A stretch of 63,814 nucleotides of DNA, filler included, from Thraustochytrium aureum (Eukaryota), in assembly GCA_012862495.1 (NCBI GenBank). It is 4 parts of 2 records of this genome, joined end to end, with 100 filler letters (N's around TTAATTAATTAA, not from the genome) between each part and the next. Parts side by side here need not be neighbours in the genome. Positions count along the whole stretch, not along the records: positions 57,646 to 60,030 come from BLSG01000197.1; positions 60,131 to 63,814 come from BLSG01000198.1; 2 more parts are not named here. One strand, given 5' to 3'. The position numbers and the translations under genes are program-made. A model generated the notes under the pieces. The model did no database searches, had not been told where the DNA came from, and worked only from the letters and a program-made list of their open reading frames with translations. The first letter of the stretch is position 1, and every line of letters starts with the position of its first letter. Below, one piece after another: positions 57,646 to 63,814 of this stretch.

Positions 57646-58256
57646 CTTGGGCAGGCTGAGCGCGTGTTGAGGAGGGCCGGCTGTATCTGGGACGCGTCTA
57701 TGCCGGAGGAGGTGCACGTTGTGATTAACTATCTCATCTGGGCGCGGATCGGGCAAGCCTTGGCGCTCTTGATATCCTGGGCGTGCCGGCTTCGGCGATC
57801 GGGGAGATTAACGCGTTCTTTTCGGTGACCTCGGTGCCAGGCGGGTCGAGCCTTGTCTGGATTTTGCTCGTTGGTTTGTTCGGCAATTTCTATGTCGTTG
57901 TGCAGGGCGTGCTGGCTTTCCGCTCGCTTGACGCGAGCGATGGGCTGGTTGTGGCCTCAGCACGGTGCGGAGCGATCGGCGACCTCATTATGGTATTTGC
58001 CTCGCTGTCTTCCTTCAGTTCCGTGGCCACGCTCACGATCGGCGCAAACGGCGCAGGAACTGCTGGTGCGTCGGCGGCCTTTATGTTTTTCGCCTGGCTT
58101 GGATTCCTCTACTCGACTCCGCTTTCTATAATAGTGCTCAAAGACCGCGCGCATCTTTTCAGGCGCCCCGCGGACTCTCACGATGTCAGCTCGGCGAATG
58201 CGGGCGCGCAGGACGACGCTGTGGATCGGGCCGATCCGAGCCTTGTTAGCGTGTAG
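57646..58256 (+). CDS. Hypothetical multi-pass membrane protein, 5' partial
   Basis: Three to four hydrophobic helices in the 57783-58256 frame, ending in TAG. Confidence 0.5.
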
Positions 58257-59021
58257 CCCTAGCGCGATGCTGGAGCCTGGCTCTGTGCGCTGTGGCAGGA
58301 AAGCCCGTCCCCGCAAGAACGACCATCTCTTAGTAGAGCACCTTGCTGTCAGAAACGACATGTTTTGCATTCACTCTCGCTCGGGCTCGCTGAGGCTGGG
58401 CAAGTTGTGGCAGCACAGTGAGCAACCTGCCACCATGCAATTTTTCGAAGGGCCGGCCGCTCGCGTCGCGCTGCCGAGCTTCGCAAATTGGCTGACCATG
58501 TCCTCAACGCACTCGACAGTAGGAGGAGTAGTCTACGCAGCGGCACTGCCACACGCAGAGTACTTAGCCGGCTGGCGATGAAGGATTCCGGTCCGCCCGC
58601 AGCCAGCCGGAGCCGCCGTGTGACGTCGACACGGCATCATCGGGTTGCCGCAGGAGAAGATACCTACTCGCCCCGAACGAGCGTCGTACTCGGGCCACGC
58701 CTCGATGTACTCACCGACTTGTGAGCAAGGGGGTGCTGGATGATCATGAGTGCTCTGCCAGACTCATCATGAGACTCATGAATGATCATCATCATGTGCA
58801 GGCAGGCTCCTCCTCCTTGTTGGTGCGGACTTTTCTTCGGACAGAACAGCGAGCGACAGACAGACTCCGAAGCGCGCGAGCGAACAGAACAGCCCAAGCC
58901 GCTGCGCGCGAAACCCGCTAGCGGAGAGCGCGCGAGGTCCAGACGGGCACGAGCAGACGTGTGTCGACGGGCAAGAGGGGAGCGAAAGTGGCCGCGAGGC
59001 AGCGGAGGACGGAGCGCGACC

Positions 59022-60030
59022 ATGATGGGACGAGTTGGCCTCGCCGTGGGACTCGCACTGGTCGCGCTTGCCGCGCGCGCGGCGGAAGCCAGGCGCGAGT
59101 GGGCGGTGCTGGTGTGCGGGTCGCGCGGGTACTTTAACTACAGGCACCACGCGGACGTGTGCCATGCGTACCAGACGCTCAAGCGCCGGGGGATCCCGGA
59201 CGAGCGCATCATTACGATGATGTATGACGACGTGGCGAACGACCAGCGCAACCCTTTCCCGGGCAAGCTCTTCAACCGGCCCTCGGACGGTGGCAACCCG
59301 ATCGACGTCTACGCGGGCTGCCTCAAGGACTACACGGGGAGCGCTGTGACTCCGGCAGTCTTCCTGGACGTGATCCAGGGCAACGCCGCCAAAGTCGACG
59401 GCCTTGTGGGCGGGTCTGGCAAGGTCCTGAACTCGACCGAGGAAGACGACGTGTTTATCAACTTTGTCGACCACGGCGCCCCTGGCCTCGTCGCGTTCCC
59501 GGACGGCATGCTGCACGCCGACCCGCTTGTGTCCGCGATCAAGGTCATGCACAAGCGCAAAATGTTCCGCAAGCTGGTCTTCTACCTGGAGGCTTGCGAA
59601 AGCGGCAGCATGTTCCAAGACCTGCCAAGCGATATCGACGTGTATGCGGTTACCGCTGCCAACGCGCAAGAGTCCTCCTGGGCCACGTACTGCCCTCCGC
59701 GCGACGACATCGTGAACGGGGTGCACATGAACACGTGCCTCGGCGACGAGTTTAGCGTCCACTGGCTCGAAGACACGGACGCCGAGCGCCCTACCAAGCG
59801 AGAAACATTGCTGGAACAGTACCAGCGCGTGAAAAGCATCACGAAGAAGAGCCACGTTCTTGACTTTGGCGACGTCACCAAGCTCGGAACGAACGACATC
59901 TCTGACTTTATGGGCGACCCAATCGACGACGGCCATCCTCTTGGTGACGTCAAGCACATCGACATCCACGAGAGCGCACTCGTCGACTCGCGGGACGTGG
60001 CGCTCGTCTCTACTTTCTACCGGTACATGC
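59022..60030 (+). CDS. LGMN: Legumain / vacuolar processing enzyme (peptidase C13), 3' truncated
   Basis: Signal peptide, WAVLVCGSRGYFNYRHHADVCHAYQ, MYDDVA..NPFPG, catalytic DHG and YLEACESGSMF, ESSWATYC, TCLGD. Confidence 0.96.
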
Positions 60031-60074
60031 NNNNNNNNNNNNNNNNNNNNNNNNNNNNNNNNNNNNNNNNNNNN

Positions 60075-60086
60075 TTAATTAATTAA
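60075..60086. other. Artificial scaffold-joining linker
   Basis: TTAATTAATTAA between N runs. Confidence 0.95.
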
Positions 60087-61746
60087 NNNNNNNNNNNNNN
60101 NNNNNNNNNNNNNNNNNNNNNNNNNNNNNNCCCGCGATTGCGCAGGACGAGGTTGCCGCCGGACGAGGTTTCGCTTCGCACGCTTTGGGCGCGCAAAACA
60201 AGCGTACGTGCTGGGTGCGCTGCGCTGGAGCGCCGACAGCCCCTGCAATCGCAAAACCAGAGTTCGGACCTCTTGCAGACTGCCAGGCGTCGCGCTTTGC
60301 CTCCTGCAGCTTGCGTCCTTCTGGCGGAGAATGACTCAGGCTTGGCTGGGTTCCTCCCGCCTGACCGCCTGCGCTGCGGAGCCTTGGCAGAGCCCCGACG
60401 ATGCCAGCCCACGATTCGCGTTGGGCTTTGTCGAGGCGAACGACGCGGCGCCGAAAGCTCCACATCGCATTTGAGCGACGCTAGCCCAGGCAGTAGGTAA
60501 CCTTGGGGCCTCGATGCAAATTGGCTGCCCCCGATGCTCAAACGATACAAGTGGCTGGCGACAGGGCGTGAGACTTGGTCTGTCTTAGCTGCGCGCTCCG
60601 CGATCGCTTCTCGCTCGTTCCTGTTGCTGTACGTTCCGGGGAAACGCTCGCCTGCCTGCGGAGAGAGTGGCCGGAGCAGGCGAGTGGCCGGAGCAGGCGT
60701 CGATTCCATTGCGTCTGGGAGGCGAAATTCTTGGCGTCGATCAATTTGCGCCAGAGCCAGACCTCGTCGAGATGTGGAGTCTTGCAAAGTGCGTCCCGTG
60801 GCAGGCGTCAAGTCAAATCCAAGGCGCAGAGCACACTACGTGCCTTCTTACTCCAAAGCGAGCGGGAGCTGTAAAACGCTCGCGGCGGCAGACGTGGCCA
60901 TTTGTGATTGACCCCCCACCCTCTCCCCCCCTGCCTAAATGCCTTCCCACGCCAATCAAAACTATCCAAATACGCGAAAGAAACCGCCGCGTCCACAACA
61001 CCCGAGCACGGACCTCGCCGTCTGTCATTCAGCGCGCCCGTCAGCGTCAGCGCGCCCGCCGGCGAATCCAGTTGCGCAGGCAAAGCAGGCATCGCTGACC
61101 CCCTCCCGTCCGTTTTCCTTCGACTAATCCAGCTAGAGTTCATTTTCGTATTCCAGGAGAAGCGTGCGTGGAGGGGCCGTCCTGTACAACGATGGACAAC
61201 GGATGGCGTTACCCGGACCGCAGGAGCCACGGGGCTGCGATGGCCGCCATCGCCCAAATGCGCACAAAACCAACGCGTCCCGAAGCCCGCCACCCCTTTA
61301 AAAACTAAAACAAAACGTCCGTGGCGTGAAACCCAGTGCGCGGAAAAGGGAAGAAATCAAGCTGGCCGCCTCCAGGTGCCGGTGCTGGGCGCCGCTCAGG
61401 CGCGCGCGCCCTGCGCCGTTGCGTTGCCAGCTGGGCCGCCTCGTCGGGGTCGATTCTTCTCGGCGGGTTGCCCGTCTCGGGCACAACAAGCAGGGTCAGA
61501 AAGCCAAAATTGTAGGACGAAAGCCCGCAGCGATCAAGACCGACAAAATACGAGCTTGCACCGCACGAGTTTAGCCGAAGGGCTGCGCCGCGTCGGCCTC
61601 CCGCCCTTCGTCTGGCCTCCCACAGGCGGACAACACACAACGCGCAACGGATCTATTGCAATAGGCGAGCAGAGTCGTTCTTGCACGCCGGTGCATTCGG
61701 CAGGGCGCGTCGCGCGGCTGGCGCCGGGCAGGGCCGGCTGGGCGGA

Positions 61747-62604
61747 ATGGACACGCTGCGCCTTGCGCGCGAGTACAAGGCAGAGGTGCTCGACGAGTGG
61801 CGGGAGCGCGACCGCGGGGAACGGCGGAGGTGGCACGAGCTCGTGCTGCGCAACAAGTTCGACCTGAAGAAGACCGCAACGAAATGCGTAGAGTACGTCA
61901 AGCACTACCTGAGCGGCGAGTTCGGCGAGCCGACATTGGCCGAGAAGCGCGAGTTTCTGTTCAGCGCCGTGGAGGGCGAGTTTTACGCCTGCAGGACCTA
62001 CCACCTCAAGTTTAGCCACGTCGAGGGCGCCCTCGACTGCCAACACGAGCTGGATGGAAAGACTGCGGTGGCCATCGCGGCAGAAAACGGCGACGAGAAG
62101 CTCCTGCAGTTTCTTCTCTCGCGCAAAGCGCAGCACTCGATCCGCGACCGGTTCGGCTGCACAGCTCTGCACTATGCCGCTGCGTCTGGATCCCTCGATT
62201 GCGCGCAGATGCTCCTCGACGCCGGGGCCGACGTGGACGCGCGCGATCGCGTTGGCGTCGTGCCGCTGATGCGCGCAGCCGAAGCGGGCGACGACGAGAT
62301 GATCGACCTCCTCGTGGAGTATGCGGCGGCCGTGAACAAGCGCGACAAAGTGGAGCGCTGGACTGCGCTGCACTATGCTGCGAAAGCGGGCGACGTCGAC
62401 TCGATTATGGCCTTGCTCAAGAGCGGATGCGAGTACTCGACAGTGTCCGCGACCCAACAGTCGGCGCAGGATGTTGCCCTGGACCACAAACGCAAGGAAG
62501 CTGCGATAATTCTGGGCAAATGGCGCCGGCGCAAGCTGTTTCCACGAGCGAACAAGTTTAGTTTGGAGGCGATCGAGGACATCGACTTGTTTGGCGAGCT
62601 TTGA
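61747..62604 (+). CDS. Ankyrin-repeat protein
   Basis: DGKTAVAIAAENG, FGCTALHYAAASG, VGVVPLMRAAEAG, WTALHYAAKAG. ATG at 61747. Confidence 0.88.
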   Translation: MDTLRLAREYKAEVLDEWRERDRGERRRWHELVLRNKFDLKKTATKCVEYVKHYLSGEFGEPTLAEKREFLFSAVEGEFYACRTYHLKFSHVEGALDCQHELDGKTAVAIAAENGDEKLLQFLLSRKAQHSIRDRFGCTALHYAAASGSLDCAQMLLDAGADVDARDRVGVVPLMRAAEAGDDEMIDLLVEYAAAVNKRDKVERWTALHYAAKAGDVDSIMALLKSGCEYSTVSATQQSAQDVALDHKRKEAAIILGKWRRRKLFPRANKFSLEAIEDIDLFGEL

Positions 62605-62934
62605 CGGACTGGTTGCGCAAGGCGATTTCAGCCCGTTTGCAGCAGCGCCCATCCCCTCAGCCGCCGCCGCCGCCGCCGCCGCCGCACTGCCTGTTCTGTT
62701 TCTCGCCTTGGCGTGTTGTTCGTGGGGACGCGCAGGGCTCTGGCTCGCGCCGCTCGCTCTCGAGCTAGCTGGCCGCCTGATAGGAAAGCGAGAACAGGAC
62801 ATCGACCTATTGGTGTTTAAAAGGAGAGGTTGTACGGCAGCTGGAGGTGGCGCTGCTGCGGGCCTCAAGCCGGCGCGAGCCAGCGCGCACCCGTGCGGCC
62901 TACGGACGGCCGCGGAGCCACTGCAATTTGTGAT

Positions 62935-63747
62935 CTAGTAGTTCATGTCCTTCTTGACAGTGGTTGGGTCGAAAGAGGGCTTGAGGTCGGTGCGCATGAG
63001 CTTTTCCATGCCCGGGAACGGCTCCTTGAGCGACGTCTTGCCCATGGGCCCCTCGCAGCTGAGCTGGCCGTTCATGGGGAGCGAACCCCACTTTGTGAGC
63101 GGCGGCGGTTTGTCCTTCTTGCAGGCTTCAAGGAGCTCGACAGTGGTCTCTGGGGTGAGCATCTCGTAAAAGTCGTCGTTGATCTGCACCATCGGTGCGT
63201 TGACGCAGGCCCCGAGGCACTCGACCTCCAGGAGCGTAAACTTGCCGTCCTTGGTGGTCTCGCCGTCGTTGATGCCGAGGTGCTTGACGATGGTCTGCTT
63301 GATTTCCTCCGCACCGCAGGCCATGCAGGGCGTAGTCCCGCACAGCTGGATAAAGTACTTGCCGCGCTTCTCCTTGTTGAACATGGTGTAAAAGGTTGCC
63401 ACTTCGTAGACGCGCATTGGGGCGCAGCCGATGATGGCGGCCACCTTGTCCATGGCCGCGACGGTGAGAAAGTTGTCGTTCTGGCGCTGCGCCAGGTCGA
63501 GCAGCGGGATGCACGCCGCCTGCTTGTAGTTGGACGGGTACTTTGCCAACACGGTGGCCACGCGCTCATAGTTCTCCGCCGTAAAGTCAAAGAACTCGTC
63601 GCCTATGTTGCCCTTCACGGGCTTGTGCTGATACGTGCCGACCTGCGACATGTTCCTCGCGGCCCCCGCTGCCGCACGCGCGCCGCCGCGCAGTCCATGG
63701 CCGCGTCGCGCGGCGCCGGTCGCAATTGCCCTGGCCGCAAAAAACAT
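62935..63747 (-). CDS. NDUFV2: NADH:ubiquinone oxidoreductase 24 kDa subunit, mitochondrial precursor
   Basis: PLLDLAQRQ, RVYEVATFYTMF, 2Fe-2S ligands CGTTPC and ECLGACVNAPMVQIND. Arg/Ala-rich presequence. Confidence 0.98.
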   Translation of the reverse strand: MFFAARAIATGAARRGHGLRGGARAAAGAARNMSQVGTYQHKPVKGNIGDEFFDFTAENYERVATVLAKYPSNYKQAACIPLLDLAQRQNDNFLTVAAMDKVAAIIGCAPMRVYEVATFYTMFNKEKRGKYFIQLCGTTPCMACGAEEIKQTIVKHLGINDGETTKDGKFTLLEVECLGACVNAPMVQINDDFYEMLTPETTVELLEACKKDKPPPLTKWGSLPMNGQLSCEGPMGKTSLKEPFPGMEKLMRTDLKPSFDPTTVKKDMNY

Positions 63748-63814
63748 CCTGCGCGCCGCCCACCCAAACCAACAGACCACCACCGGCCGAGCCAAGCCAG
63801 AACAGCGCCGCCGC

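Noticed and set aside
60131..61300. Minus-strand ORFs 60083-60811 and 60808-61293
   Set aside because: Low-complexity translations with no motif. Possibly a frameshifted hypothetical gene but unsupported.

Overview
GC-rich, intron-poor eukaryotic nuclear DNA. Gene content suggests a flagellated protist, plausibly a stramenopile such as a labyrinthulomycete; this is inference only. The window is four scaffolds joined by artificial N-TTAATTAATTAA-N linkers (28448, 57590, 60075). It has many N gaps and frequent single-base frameshifts that look like sequencing indels. About 28 protein genes are visible, including RPS3, SPT16, CSN4, NDUFV2, CCDC22, legumain, a Ulp1/SENP protease, TatD, a CobW GTPase, a CCP5-like carboxypeptidase, a plant-type arginase and a beta-helix glycosidase-like protein, plus an intron-containing tRNA-Lys(CTT). 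The standout is a ~8.7 kb gene for a single-chain four-repeat K+ channel (CNGK/tetraKCNG architecture). All four of its cyclic-nucleotide-binding domains look degenerate, it carries a C-terminal RGS domain, and it lies ~2 kb from an EGF-like 7TM receptor-like gene. Other unusual architectures are a PARP N-terminal/Pol-beta-HhH fusion without a catalytic domain, a GOLD-amidohydrolase fusion, a peroxisome-targeted VOC enzyme and a CCT-motif protein.
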